From: the human T2T-CHM13v2.0 reference genome, Homo sapiens
Assembly (NCBI RefSeq): GCF_009914755.1
Contig: NC_060947.1
DNA length: 64,000 bases
Reading direction: 5' to 3' (one strand)
Below the pieces are notes generated by a model. That model was given only the letters and a program-made list of their open reading frames with translations, was not told where the DNA came from and made no database searches. Made by a program: the position numbers and the translations under genes. This document shows positions 26,171-40,819 of this stretch, in pieces (positions within the stretch are counted from its first letter, which is position 1; each line of letters begins with the position of its first letter).

Positions 26171-26439
26171 TATTATCTTGAAATCTCTTTACTTTCCTGC
26201 AAAGAGGTAGTATATATAAAACATTAAACAAGTGCTTTGCACATAATAATTAATATAGGCTTATATTACATTATTTATTACAATAAAGTGTAATAAAACA
26301 TGGAAAGTCATGATGAATATCAGAAGGCAATAAACTTTGCAACAAATTAAATAACCATTGCAATGAAAAGAGTTGAAAGTTTAAGCAATGAAATATAAAG
26401 ACTTCAGCTAATTATCAGAATGTCATATAGTGGTTCCAA

Positions 26440-26567
26440 TTTTGGTCTCAATTTCCTGGTCTTTATAGTTGGAATAATATTTCTCTCATAGGATGTGTAA
26501 AAATTAAATGAATTCACACACCTGAAGTATTTAGACCAAAGCCTGGCATATGTTAAGTGCTCAAAAA
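26440..26567 (+). mobile_element. MIR SINE 3' fragment
   Basis: 'ctcaatttcct...ctcataggatgtgtaaaaattaaatga...gcctggcatatgttaagtgctcaa'. Confidence 0.7.
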
Positions 26568-27208
26568 CAGTGCATGTGTCACAGAGGATTGACCTGCTGC
26601 ATAGTTGTAATAATTAAAAATATATGGTTATGTATATTATAAAATGTCTTTCAATGGTGAATGTCAAGATTTAACAACCTTCACAGCAAGAACTATTTCC
26701 TTCTATCATAACTGAATCTCATAATCTCCATGGGCTGGAAAATAACACATTATATTGCTTTTATAATTATCCTTATAATAAATGGACAATATCAAATAAT
26801 TTTCCTAAATTATTTGTTTTAGATGAAATGTTTTCAGCTCCTAAATTGATTTCAGATGTTTTGGATTTCCTAACAGAAAGCATTTACTTTATTCCCTTTA
26901 AAACTAGTCTATGTTAATCTCAAAATTTGGAAATCAAATTGTAGTAAAAATTTAAATAATCTAGCATTTTGAAATGCAAAATAATTACTCATTGAACAAA
27001 GTTTTAAAAAATCAAGAAATGCAGATGGCTCAAGTCACTAGCCATACAAGAACATTATGAGGCATTTTGGCAGCAGATACTGGGGAAACTATGACTTTGA
27101 CCAGCATATACCCTTTGAATAGAATAGGAGAAAAAATAAAAGACTACAGTAAATTTAACTGGTCTCAAAACTATTGATTTTGTAATAGAGTTTTTAAATT
27201 TTTCAAAG

Positions 27209-27431
27209 ACCAAAGTCATTACTTCAGAAATAATGAACCATCAATATTCCACCAAACAGCTTCTAGCAGATATAAAAGGAGATGTAATTGGAAGGAAATC
27301 AACTTCAGCTACTCCAGTGAAAACTTTGCATAAATATGTTGTTAAAAATGGTCTTGGTGGTTATGGACCTGTAGTTTATGTTGCTTTCATGGAGTACACT
27401 ATGGATTTATTAATGGAACTACAGGTCTATG
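27209..27431 (+). pseudogene. Predicted exon B (223 nt, phase 0-1), fully open
   Basis: Acceptor tttttaaatttttcaaAG, donor atg|GTAACT; TKVITSEIMNHQYSTKQLLADIKGDVIGRKSTSATPVKTLHKYVVKNGLGGYGPVVYVAFMEYTMDLLMELQVY, overlapping listed ORF 27233-27454; not repeat-derived as far as I can tell. Confidence 0.55.
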
Positions 27432-27695
27432 GTAACTATAAGTTAAATATTTAGGTGAATATATAAATTGTCATTATTTTAAATACAGAAAAATTTGTAA
27501 ATATTCTAAATAATGAAACAATTTAATTTACAATATATGTACAAGGTTTAGCAAGCAACAAAACTCCAGATTAAAGCAAAAATACAGTAGTGATTTTTAA
27601 AAATAGTACAATGGTAAAAGTAAGATATGTGTGTATCTGAAAGTTTAGAAAATTGTATAAGCCAGTCAGGACATTTCTTATGGGAATGCAGCAAG

Positions 27696-28689
27696 ACTAA
27701 AGAGCTTCTGCACAGCAAAAGAAACCGCCATCAGAGTGAACAGGCAACCTACAGCATGGGAGAAAATTTTTGCAATCTACTCATCCGACAAAGAGCTAAT
27801 ATCCAGAATCTACAAAGAACTTAAACAAATTTACAAGAAAAGAAACAAACAACCCCATCAAAAAGTGGGCAAAGGATATGAACAGACACTTCTCAAAGGA
27901 AGACATTTATGCAGCCAACAGACACATGAAAAAATGCTCATCACCGCTGGTCATCAGAGAATGCAAATCAAAACCACAATGAGATACCATCTCATGCCAG
28001 TTAGAATGGCAATCATTAAAAAGTCAGGAAACAACAGATGCTGGAGAGGATGTGGAGAAATAGAAACACTTTTACACTGTTGGTGGGACTGTAAACTAGT
28101 TCAACCATTGTGGAAGCCAGTGTGGCGATTCCTCAAGGATCTAGAACTAGAAATACCATTTGACCCAGCGATCCCATTACTAGGTACATACCCAAAGGAT
28201 TATAAATCATGATACTATGACACATGCACATGTATGTTTATTGCGGCGCTATTCACAATAGCAAAGACTTGGAACCAACCCAAATGTCCATCAATGATAG
28301 AGTGAATTAAGAAAATGTGGCACATATACACCATGGAATACTATGCAGCCATAAAACAGGATAAGTTCATGTCCTTTGCAGGGACATCGATGAATGGAAA
28401 CCATCATTCTCAGCAAATTAACACAAGAACAGAAAACCAAACACCGCATGTTCTCACTCATAGGTGGGAATTGAACACTTGGACACAGGGCAGGGAACAT
28501 CACACATCAGGGTCTGTTGTGGGGTGTGGGGCTGGGGGAGGGATAGCAGTAGGAGAAATACCTAATGTAAATGATGAGTTTATGGGTTCAGCAAACCAAA
28601 ATGGCACATGTATACCTATGTAACAAACCTGCTCATTGTACACATGTGCCCTAGAACTTAAAGTATAATAAAAGAGAGAAAAAAAAGAA
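27696..28689 (+). mobile_element. 5'-truncated L1PA6-like element (ORF2 C-terminus and 3' UTR)
   Basis: ORF 27736-28212 ends with the L1 ORF2p cysteine-rich C-terminus ([28 protein letters not shown]); 3' UTR 'cctaatgtaaatgatgag...gcaaaccaaaatggcac'; A-tail. Confidence 0.9.
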
Positions 28690-31174
28690 ATTTTATTATA
28701 TTTAAATCATTACAACACCTGCTTTATGTGTGGTATAAGTTTACTTCTTGACTTCTTCCAATATCAATATTTTGTTCTTGAAAGAAATCAAACATGGGTA
28801 GTATTAATAGTCTAGGCTATACTGGCAGGAAGAAGCCATCTCATTTTCATAGCCTATGATATAACAATGTGAATCCTGCAAATAGGAATATATAAATAAA
28901 TAGAAAGATTTATAATTTTAAGTGTCAAAAAGAGAAAAGTGGAGAATTTGTGAACAACCATATATCCATTTAAAGCTTTAGTGACTGCATAAGGAATAAA
29001 TGTACAGTTATAATACAGGATTTAGTAAACAACACAAATTGTGTTTTTATTTGGTTATGATTAATATTGACAGTTTTTTACTATATGAAGAACTGACAGG
29101 TGCCCAGAAAAATATCCTCATAATAAAACAAAATATCAGAAGGACCTACCCAGTATTTGAAGGTCAAATAATAAGTCTTAACTTAAATGATTTTAACAAT
29201 TTGCGATTTTATTCCTCTGTTCTTTCACAAGATCGCAGATTCAGAATTTGTGTGTGTTTTTTTTTCTTTCAAACACTAGGGAGTTATTTCCTAAATAATA
29301 TTTTAAATGTGCACTTTTAAAGAAGTAATTGTGCTTGAAAAGGAAAATAAAAACATATGCTTTGCTGTTGTTAAATGAACTTCCTTCTAATCAACTTTTA
29401 ACAGTGATTCCCATAGAATAAACTCACATAAAAATTATTTGAGCTTTATGAGTAAAATTTATTCCTAGACTAAAACATATTTCACAGGGAAGCAAAATAT
29501 AAGACAGAATACGACATTGAGTAAGAAAATTTACTACTCTAGTGTTTTATGTATCTCCTCCATTCTCCCTCTGCATGTCTATAGATTGTTTTCTGCTAGT
29601 TTATTTGGTTATTGGGTGGTCATTCTAGGACATCACACATTTATATTTCTGAAAAAAACTAATATTAGAGAAAGATTTAGGTATATAAAACATTTTTTTC
29701 TCAATTAATAACTTTGTACACATTTAGATAGAAAAACAACTGTTTGTTTTCTGAAATACAAAATAACATTATAGTTGAGAATCTGCTTGCATTAAATTGT
29801 ATCACTTCACAATGTGTTAAGAGAAGCTTTAGGATTTGTAATAGTATGGGAATCCCTTACAGAGAGTAAAAGTGGGAATTACAAATGGTAACCAATCACC
29901 CACATTTAGAAAACAAGAGTAGAGTTTAAGCAGTAAAAAGAAAAGATAGCTATATTTTTAGATTTGTCTTTTATCCCTCTATCTATCCTCTGTTGAAGTT
30001 CCCTCTTTAATACAATCCGAAAAAAACCACATGTGGATATAATAAAAGACATGATAAATGAGCAGGTAAAGGTATTAACACTCTCCAAGAAAAGGGCTTG
30101 GATACATCAGAGAACAGTCCATTTTGTAGTTAGCTAGGTGACCTATTGTATTATTTTTTGTTTCTAATTTGGTCTTGAGATCTTCATAACAAGAGTGTCT
30201 ACAAACTCTAGACTTAACTTATGGGACTCCAGGGCACTCATCAAGCAGGTATCCTGCAAGAAGTTCTAACTGGTGGGTTTAGAGCAAGCAGGTTCCATGG
30301 AATCACACTGTGACTGCGAGGTAGTAACTTTGGCATACCTGCACAATCCATATGGGGTAAAGGAGTCAGTGGGGTGAGTCAAATAAGTTGTATTTAACTG
30401 TTCCACAGGGATGTGGGACACCAGGAGGTGGTTGTACAAGGCAAATATCTGGGTCGACTACACTGAGGAACTGGGAGGAGGTGGAGAACTAGAAAGTTTG
30501 TCAAGGGCAATTAAGCTTTCTGGTATGAGAAAGCCCAACTTTTATTCAAAATGGATGCTGAAGCAAAACAAAATTATAGGACTTAATTACTGCTATAATA
30601 AAGATAAACTGCATCTATAGCCAGTCCTTATTTTCGGGGAAGCAGAGGCGGTGTGGAAGGAGAGGGCATAAGGACTGAATAAAGAGTGATTTTAAAGAGA
30701 ACATCCACAGAGCTTGAGGGTAAAAAATTTGCTTCAGAAATTGAACCCTGATTGAGAGAATGTTAATGCCTTTTGTTGAATCAATGAACTTGGGAAATAG
30801 GCCAATATTTTTAAGAGAGGTGAGCAGGTTATGAACCTCATTGTAGGTAAATTGAATGAGGTGGTAATTAAACTTCCACATGATAATACTGTCAACATGT
30901 AGAGATATGAAACTAGAGTTAAAACTAGAGATGGTACAACCAAACATATGAGGTGTCCACATAGAGGTAGTAGTTGAAGCTACAATATATGATCATTTTA
31001 TCCACCCCCAAAATGGAGATTAGTAGAACCAAATGAATTATATACCAAATATATTTGCTAAGAAGGAGTTATGAATTAATGTTTGGGAAATTGCTATTTA
31101 TATTTATTTACTTTTACCATGAGTATATATTGATAGGGAGTGATCGAATGATAAAATTAAACATGACTTAATTT

Positions 31175-31842
31175 CTAGATTTCAGAGAATGTAAGAAAAT
31201 GCCTGGATGTCCAGGCAGAAGTTTGCTGCAGGGATCTCTTTTAGGGCAGTGCAAAAGGGAAATGTGGGGTGGGAGCTCCCACACAAAGTACCCACTAGGC
31301 AGCACTGCCTAGTGGAGCTGTTAGAAGAGGGACACCATATGCCAGACCCCAGAATGGTAGATCCATTGACAGCTTGCACCATGTGCCTGGAAAAGCCACA
31401 GACACTGAAAGCCAGCCTGTGAAAGCAGCCAGAAGCAGGGGGGATGTACTTTGCAAGGTCACAGGGATGAAGGTGCCCAAGGCCATGGGAACCCACCTCT
31501 TACATCAGTTTGACCTGGATGTGAGACATGGAGCCAAAGGAGATCATTTTGGAGCTTTAAGATTTGACTGCCCCACTGGATTTCAGACTTGCATGGGGCA
31601 TGTAGCCCCTTCATTTTGGCCAATTTCTTCTATTTTGAATGAGTGCATTTACCCAATACCTGTACTCCCATTGCATTTAGAAAGTAATACTCAGAAGGGA
31701 CTTGGCTTGTCTCAGATGAGACTTTGGACTGTGGAGTTTTGAGTTAATGCTGAAATGAGTTAAGACTTTGGGGGACTGTTGGGAAGGCATCATTGGTTTT
31801 TAAATGTGAGGGCATAAGATTTGGGAGGGGTTGGGGGCAGAA
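31175..31842 (+). mobile_element. THE1-int internal region, 3' part only
   Basis: 'ctagatttcagagaatgtaagaaaatgcctggatgtccaggcagaagtttgctgcag...gagttaagactttgggggactgttgggaagg' and the polypurine tract before the LTR. Confidence 0.9.
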
Positions 31843-32205
31843 TGATAGGGTTTGGCTGTGTCCCCACCCAAATTTCATGTAAAATTGTAGCTCCTATAAT
31901 TCCCACGTCCTGGGAGGGACCCAGTGGGAGGTAATCGAATCATGTGCGTGGATATTTCCCATGCTGTTCTTGTGATAGTAAATAAGTCTCCCAAGAGCTG
32001 AATGTTTTATAAAGGGGAGTTCCCCTACACAAGCTCTTTTTGCCTGCCACCATGTAAGACATGACATTGCTCCTGCTTTATTTTCCACCATGATTGTGGG
32101 GCCTCCCCAGCCATGTGGAACTGTGAATCCATTAAACCTCTTTCCTTTATAAATTACCTAGTCTCAGGTATGTCTTTATGAGCAGTGTAAGAACAGACTA
32201 GTACA
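31843..32205 (+). mobile_element. THE1B 3' LTR
   Basis: TGATAGGGTTTGGCTGTGTCCCCACCC...GAACAGACTAGTACA; 'ttttataaaggggagttcccctacacaagctc' is THE1B-type. Confidence 0.9.
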
Positions 32206-32391
32206 CCCTTGATCCAGTTTAATATCTTTATTTTATAGTTGCAGATACTGAGTCAAAAAAGAGAAATTTACCTACATAAAGTCATAAATATATTAGATGA
32301 ATTTAATGGGACAAATAAGAATTATAAGACTATGTTCGAGATGGTTCAAGGCTATTTTCCTAAGTATCTCTACATCTGTGTTCACACATGC

Positions 32392-33230
32392 AAGAGTGGT
32401 GGAGAGTATAAAATCTTGAAACAGATCTACTGTGTTCAAATCCAGGATCCATGACTTTGTCAGACAGGGTTCTATTAGAAAACAAAACCAAGGTTAGATT
32501 GAAAGATATGGATGATAGGTAGGAATAGATAATAGAGAGAGAGATCAATAGATAGATAGACAGTTGGTGGATCTGTTAAAGTATTAATTTTACAATTGTG
32601 GGAGCAGGCTATTCTTGCAGCTGATGCAAGAGCTTGAATCCACAGGATAAGCAGCAGGGAAAGAAAGATAGACGTAAGAAAGATAGATGTCCCAAGAAAA
32701 AATTGGGACAGTATGAGGGCAGACTGAAACCCATGTAAGTCCTCATTGTCTCTGACCTTGATAATGTAGATGTCACACAGAAGCCAGGGCTCTTTGTCAT
32801 GGAGATAAACACATCACATAGGTTAGGATTTGGAAAAGTCAAAGGAAAATCCAGGAAATGCTGGAGCCCTTACAGGCTAACTACTGCTTCATGCTAACAA
32901 AGTGAGTTTGCAGATCAGCAATAATATGTGTAAGAGACAAAACAGCTGCTATTTCCCATCCTTTTTCTAAATCTCTAAAGAATCTCACTTGTGGTCCACT
33001 CCATCCAGCAACATAGAGCAAATAAATTTATTAGAAATAGAATTCAACCTAGCCAAGTTGGCACATTAGAAAGCCACCACAAAGACTTATAAGCTATGGG
33101 TTTTACAGCAAATTAATTAATTTTAATATCCTAATCCTTAAAATATTAATAGTAATGATATCAATCACATAGGGTTGTTACAAATGATCAAATGAAATAA
33201 GTATGTAAAGAGTATAACACACACGGTCCC
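32392..33230 (+). mobile_element. MIR split by an ERVL-type LTR
   Basis: MIR 5' part 'gtggtggagagtataaaatcttgaaacagatctactgtgttcaaatcc' before 32457; resumes 'acttataagctatggg...cacatagggttgttacaaatgatcaaatgaaataagtatgtaaag' after about 33083. Confidence 0.6.
32458..33081 (-). mobile_element. Old ERVL-type solo LTR (MLT2-like)
   Basis: TGT...CACA termini, internal GATA-rich stretch, end 'cctagccaagttggcacattagaaagccaccaca'; GACTT on both sides, offset by 2 nt on the right. Confidence 0.55.
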
Positions 33231-33803
33231 TAGAATATTGTTTATACTACATACATATTAACGTAGAGGGTCACAAATTTACTATTACCTAAAAATTTAT
33301 CTTTACACTTTCTCTGTAATCAACTCTAATTTCACTTTCTGCTCGCATAGACGAATACCCTGGTTTTTAGCTAAAATTTTATAGTTAGAAAGACAAAAAG
33401 AAAAACATATTAATCCTTTTCAAATTATTACCTTCTTATTTTATTTACTTTTTATTAATCATCATTTTATATTACTGCTCTTGCTGTGTGTTATTATGTT
33501 GTCATTGTTCTTGTTATTGCCTGAAATGTCTTCTCTGTTTTTCTGTATTCTCAAAACCTTCCCATTTTTTACATCATCTCTTTCTACTTCTAATGCAGCT
33601 TTTCTTCACTGAACTTCCACTTTTCTGAACTCATAATCTATATTTATAATGCTTGTCATGCATTATTTCTCCTACACAAATTAGCACTTAGTTGTACACA
33701 TTCATATATAATTAATTAAGTGACTTGTATATATTATTGTTGGATCTTTAACTGAGTTCTAAGTTTCTGGAGGGCAGAAGAAAGTCTAAGATTGCTAGTA
33801 TTT

Positions 33804-36800
33804 GGGAGGAGGGGCCAAGATGGCCTACTAAAACAGCCGCCATCTGAGGCTCCCACCAAGAAGAAGAAAAAGGTGAGTGAATCATGCATCGTCAATTGAG
33901 GTATTCAGGTTCTATCATTGGGACTGACTAGGCAGTTGGTGCAACCAATGGAGAGTAAGGAAAAGCAGGGTGGTACTACGGCTCACCTGGGAACCACACG
34001 GGAAAAGGGGAACTCCCACCCCAGCCAAGGGAGGCAATGAGTGATCATGCTACCCTATCTTGGAAACCACGCTTTTTTCACAGATTTGTGCAACCCATGG
34101 AACAGGAGATCCCTCTCGTGAGCCCACGCCACCAGGGCTTTGGGTCCCAAGCACAGAGTGGCGCAGATTCTCAGCAGCCACTTGGCTGGAGACTGCCTAA
34201 GACTGCTGAGTTCCTGGGGGGAAGGGTGGCCATTATCGCTGCAGCTGCCTGCTGCCTAAGAAGACTGAGGTTCCAGAGAGAGCAGAGGCAGCCATTGCTG
34301 CAGTTCCAGTCTGCCACTATTCTCCTGCTGGTGCCAGGGAGATTGGACAGTTTGGACCCAGGAGGAATTCCTCACAGTGTAGCACAGCAGCTGTGGAAGA
34401 TTGTGACAAGACTGCCTCTTTAGGCCAGACAGTGACCAATCCCTCCTCACTGGGCGGGGCCTCCCTGCAGGAATTTCAGCAAACTCCAGTCAGGGGGTTT
34501 AGGGACAGAACTCTCATCTCCCTAGGACTGAGCCCCTGCGGGGAGTGGTGGCTGTGGTCTCCATGGATCAGCAGAGTTAGTCTTTCCTCCTGCTGGCTCT
34601 GAGGAATCCCGGCAGTCCAGACAAGTGGGAATCTGCTTGGGGTGCACAGTGCACCCCCTCCACCAAGGAACAGCCAGAGTGCTTCATTAAGCAGGTCCTG
34701 AATCCTGTGCCTCCTGACTCAGTGACCCCCAATAAGAGTCATCAAACATATTATACAGGAGAGTTCCACTGGCATCAGATCGGTGCCCTTCTGGGACACA
34801 AATCCAACAGGAAGCAGAAGGCAGCCATCTTTGCTGATCTGCACCCTCCACGGGTGACACCTACAGGTGCAGGAGGGACCCAGACTATAGGGTCTGTAGT
34901 GGACCCCCAACAAACCACAGCAGCCCTATGGAAAACTGGCGTGACCATTAAAAGAAAAACAAACAAACAGAAAGCAACAACAATAGCATCAACAGAAAAG
35001 TCTCCACCCAAAACCCTATCTAAAGGTCAGCAGCCTCAATCACCAAAGCTACATAAACTCATGACTATGAAAAACAATGAATGAGAAAACATTGCAAACT
35101 CAAAAATCCAGAGTCTCTCTTACAAATGATCGCAGCACCTCTCCGCAAGGGCACAGAACTGGGCAGATGCTGAGACGGATGAATTGACAGAAGTAGGATT
35201 CAGAAGGTGGGTAGTAACAAACTTCACTGAGCTAAAGGAGTGTGTTATAACCCAATGCAAAGAAGCCAAGAACCATGATAAAACATTACAGGAGCTGTTA
35301 ACCAGAATAACCAGTTTAGAGAGGACAACAAATGACCTGATAAAGCTGAAAAACACAACACAAGAACTTCACAATGCAACTACAAGTATCAATAACCAGA
35401 TAGAACCAGCAGAGGAAAGAATTTCAGAGTTTGAAGACTATCTTGCTGAAATAAGACAGGCAGACAGATTAGAGAAGAATGAAAAGGGGTGAACAAAACC
35501 TTCAAGAACTATGAGATTATGTAAAAAAACTGAACCTATAAATGATTGGGGTACCTGAAAAAGATGTGAAGAACAGAACTAAGTTGAAAAACATAATTTA
35601 GGATATCATACAGTAGAACTTCCTCAACCTAATAAGACAGGCCAACATTCAAATTCAGGAAATCCAGAGAACCCCAATAAGATACTCCATGAGAAGATCA
35701 ACCCCAAGACACATAATCATCAGATTCTCCAAGGTCAAAATTAATAAAAAAATGTTAAGGGCAGCCAGAGAGAAAGGCCAGATCACCTACGAAGGAAAAC
35801 CCATAAGACCAACACCAGAACTCTCAGCAGAAACCCTACAACCAGAAGAGATTGGAGGCCAGTAATCCACGTTCTTAAAAGAATTTCCAATTCAGAATTT
35901 CATATCCTGCCAAACTAAGATTCATATGTGAAAAAGAAATAAAATTCTTTTTGGAAAAGCAAATATGAGGGAATTTGTCACCACCAGGCCTGCCTTGCAA
36001 GAGCTCCTGAAGAAAGCACTAAATATTGAAAGGAAAATCCATTACCAGCCAATGCAAAAACACACTGAACTAAAAAGACCAATGGCACTATGAAACAACT
36101 ATATTAAAAAGTGCAAAATAACCAACTAGCATCATGATGACAGGATCAAATTCACATATGACTATCTTAACCTTAAATGTAAGTGGGCTAAATGACCCAG
36201 TTAAAAACACAGAATGGCAAGATGGCAAGATGTATGGAGTCAAAACCCATTAGTGTGCTGTATTCAACAGACATATCTCATGTACAAAGACACATATAAG
36301 CTCAAAATAGAGGGATGGGGGAAATTTACCAAGCAAATGGAAAGCAGAAAGAGCAGTGGTTGCAATCCTAGCTTCTGAAAAAACAGACTTTAAACTAACA
36401 AAGATCAGAAAAGACAAAGAAGGGCATTACATAATGGTAAAGGGATCCATACAACAAGAAGAGCTAACTATCCTAAATATATATGCACCAGTATAAGAGC
36501 ACCCAGATTCTCAAAACAAGTTCTTAGAGACCTACAAAAAGACTTAGATTCCCACACAATAATATTAGGAGACTTTAACACCCCACTGTCAATAGCAGAT
36601 AATTGAGATAAAAAATATACAAGAATATTCAGGTCTTGACTTCAAGTGGACCTGACAGATATCCACAGAACTCTCCACACAAAAACAACAGAATATACAT
36701 TATTCTCCATGCCACATGGTACTTACACTAAAATCAATCACATAATGGGAAGTAAAACACTCCTGAGCAAAAGAAAAAGATCTGAAATCATAACCAACAG

Positions 36801-39800
36801 TCTCTCTCAGAAAATAGTGCAATCAAATTAGAACTCCAGATTAAGAAACTCACTCAAAACCATACAACTACGTGGAAATTGAACAACCTGCTCCTAAGTG
36901 AGTCCTGGGTAAATAATGAAATTAAGGCAGAAATCAAGAAGCTATTTGAAACCAATAAGAACAAAAAGTCAACACACCAGAATCTCTAGGACACAGCTAA
37001 AGCAGTGTTAAGAGGAAATTTATAGCACTAAATGCCCAATCAAAAAGCTAGAAAGACCTCACTCAAATCCACCCCCTACATCACAATTAATAGAACTAGA
37101 GAACTAAGAGAGAAAAAAAAAAAACAACGCGAGCAGAAGATAAAAAATAACCAAGATCAAAGCAGAACTGAAGGAGATAGAGACAAAAAAAAAATCTTCA
37201 AAAAAAAATCAATGAATGCAGGAGCTGGTTTTTGAAAAAATTAATGAACTAGATAGACCACTAGCTAGACAAATAAAGAAGAAAAGAGAGAAGAATCAAA
37301 CAGACAAAAAAATTATAAAGGGGATATCACCACTGCCCCACAGAAATACAAAGTGCAATTAGATAATATTATAAACATTTCCATGCAAACAAACTAGAAA
37401 ATCCAGAAGTAAATGGATAAATGCCTAGACACACACAACCTCCCAAGACAGAACCAGGAAGAAGTTGAATCTCTGAATAGACCAATAACAAGCTCTGAAA
37501 TTGAAGCAATAATAAATAGCCTACCAACTAAAAAAAGCCCAGGAACAGAGAGATTTACAGCCGAATTTTACCAGAGATACAAAGAGAAATTGGTACCATT
37601 CTTTCTAAAACTATTCCAAACAATTGAAAAGGATGGATTTCTCCCTAACTTATTTTAAGAGGCCAGATTCATCCTGATACCAAAACCTGGCAGAGATACC
37701 ATAAGAAAACAAAACTTCAGGCCAACAATCCTGATGAACATCGATGCAAAAATTATTAATAAAATACTCACAAACTGAATGCAGCAGCACATCAAAAAGT
37801 TTATCCACCGCAAGCAAGTTGGCTTCATTCTCATGATGCAAGACTGGCACAACATACACAAATCAATAAATGTAATTCACCAAATAAACAGATCTAAAGA
37901 CACAAACCACGTGATTATCTCAGTAGATTCAAAAAGGGCTTTTGATATAATTTAACATCCCTTCATGTTAAAAATTCTGTATAAACTAGGTATTGATGGT
38001 ACATGCCTCAAAATAATAAGAGCAATTTTTGGCAAACCCACAACCAATATCATGCTGAATGGGCAAAAGCTGGAACCATTCCCTTTGAAAACCGGCACAA
38101 GACAAGGATGCCCTCTGTCACCACTCCTATTCAACATAGTATTGAAAATTCTGGGCAGGGCAATCAGGCAAGAGAAAGAAATAAATGTTCAAATAGTAAG
38201 AGAGGAAGTCAAACTGTCTCTGCAGATGACATGATCCTTTATTTAGAAAATCCTATAGTCTCAGCCCAAAAGCTTCTTAAGCTGCTAAGCAACTTCAGCA
38301 GTATCAGGATACAAAATCAATGTGCAAAAATCACAAGCATTCCTATACTCCAATGATAGACAAGCAAAGAGTCAAATCATAAAGGAACTCCCATTCCAAC
38401 TATTAAAAAGAGAATAAAAAATCTAGGAATACAGCTGACAGGGAAAGTTAAAGACCTGTTAAAAGAGAACTAGAAACCACTTCTCGAGGAAATTAGAGAA
38501 GACACAAACAAATGGAAAAACAGTCCATGCTCATAGATAGGAAGAATCAATATTGTGAAAATGGCTATACTGCCCAAGTAATTTATAGATTCAAAGCTAT
38601 TCTCATTAAACTACCATTGACATTCTTCACAAAATTAGAAAAAAGTACTTTAAAGTTTATATTGAACCAAAAAGGAGTCCATGTAAGTGAAGACAATCCT
38701 AAGCAAAAAGAATCAACCTAGAGACACCACGCTACTCAACTTCAAACTATACTACAAGGCTACAGTAACCAAAACAGCATGGTACTTTTGCACCATGTAC
38801 AGGTACAAAAAAGACACATAGACCAATGAAACAGAATACAGAACTCAGAAATAAGACCACACATCTACAACCTCTGATCTTCGAGAAACCTGACAAAAAC
38901 AAGCAATGGGGAAAGGATTCCCTATTTAATAAATGGTGGTGGGAAAATTGGCTAGCCTTATGCAGAAAATAGAAACTGGACCCCTTCCTTATACCTTGTA
39001 AAAAATAAATCAAGGTGGATTAAAGACTTATATGTAAAACCCAAAACTATAAAAACCCTAGACAAAAATCTAGGCAATAGCATTTAGGACATAGGTACAA
39101 GCAAACATTTCACCAAAAAAACGTCAAAAGCAATTGCAACAAAAGCAAAAAATGGCAAATGGCATCTAATTAAACTAATGAGCTTCTACAGAGCAAAAGA
39201 AACTGCCATCAGAGTGAACAGACAACCTACAGAATGGGAGAAAGTTTTTGCAATGTATCCATCTGACAAAGGTCTAATATCCACAATCTGCAAAGACCTT
39301 AAACAAATTTACAAGAAGAAAACAAGCAACCCCATTAAAAAGTGGGCAAAGAACACGAACAAACACTTCTCAAAAGAAGACATTTATGTAGCCAACAAAC
39401 GTATCAAAAAAGCTCAACATCTGTGATCATTAGAGAAATGCAAATCAAAACTACAATGTGATACCATCTCACACCAGTCAGAATGGCAATCACTAAAAAG
39501 TCAAGAAACAAACAGATGCTGGCAAGTCTATGGAGAAATAGGAAGACTTTGACACTGTTGGTGGGAATGTAAATTATTTAAACCATTGTGGTAGACACCG
39601 TGGCAATTCCTCAAAGTCCTAGAACTAGAAATACCATTTGACCCAGCAACCCCATTACTGGGTATATTGTCAAAGGTATATAAATCATTCTATTATAAAG
39701 ATACATGCATGCATATCTTCATTGCAGCATTAATCCCAATAGAAAAGACATGGAATCAACCCAAATGCCCATCAGTGATAGAATGGATAATGAAAATGTG

Positions 39801-40196
39801 GTACATATTCACAATGGAATACTATGCAGCCATAAAGAGAAACAACATCATACTTTTTGCAGGGACATAGATGGAGCTGGAAGCCATAATTGTCAGCAAA
39901 CTAACACAGGAGCACAAAACCAAACACCACATGTTCTCACTTATAAGTGGAAGCTGAACAATGAGAACAGATGGACACAGTTAGGGGCGTAACACACTCA
40001 CACTGGGGCCTGTTGGAGGCGGGGGGAGGGAGAGCATCAGGATAAATAGCTAATGCATATGGAGCTTAATGCCTAGATGATGGGTTGATAGGTGCAGCAA
40101 ACCACAATGGCACATGTTTACCTATGTAAAAAACCTGCACGTCCTGCATATGTATCCCAGAACTTACAATAAAATAAAATTAAATAAAAAAATAAA
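33804..40196 (+). mobile_element. Full-length L1PA10-like LINE-1 (~6.4 kb), ORF1 and ORF2 disrupted
   Basis: 5' 'gggaggaggggccaagatggcc'; ORF1 fragments (35184-35492); ORF2 start atgacaggatcaaattcacat (~36137); EN/RT/C-terminal fragments; 3' UTR 'gagagcatcaggataaatagctaatgcat'; degenerate TSD aagattgctagtattt / aaaattgcaggtgttt. Confidence 0.93.
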
Positions 40197-40819
40197 AAAA
40201 TTGCAGGTGTTTTTATTCAATAATTGAGGAATGTTAATTTGCTGAGTGGGGTGAAAATATTTTCTGATAGAGCAGGCAGTAGAATGAAAATTCAGAATAT
40301 GACAAAAACAATTTCTTAATATTCTAACTGGAATTCAAGTGTTATAATGAATTGTGAAAATGAACAATATAATCAGAATATCATGCCTCTGTGAGATAAA
40401 GCTGTTCATTTAATAGAAAACAAGAAGCTTCTAAGTAACACATTCTAAGGCAACAACCATGTATAGGTCAAAAGTGCCAGAAGAAGACTAATATTTTGTT
40501 GTTATTTAGAAATGCTTTAAAAAGGTTAGGTTGCATTTAAATATTTCATTTTAATTGGCTCTGAAAATATACATATTATATTATATAATAACGTAACAAT
40601 TTATTTGGGGGTTGAAGTTTTATAGAAGAGATAAGACAAAATACAAATATTTAAAATAAATGGTTAGTTTTTAAAGGTCTGAGATGTGGCAGAGCAAGTA
40701 AACTGCTGCACTAGGAAAATTCATAATGCTCTCGATGCCGCTTAAACTTTGTATCTCTTAAATCACAAACTTTTGGTTTCATAGATATATATAACTCGCG
40801 GTTCACGTAGTGTAAATTA

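Noticed and set aside
33804-40196. Full-length L1 as a retrotransposition-competent element
   Set aside because: ORF1 and ORF2 are broken into many short frames by stops and frameshifts.
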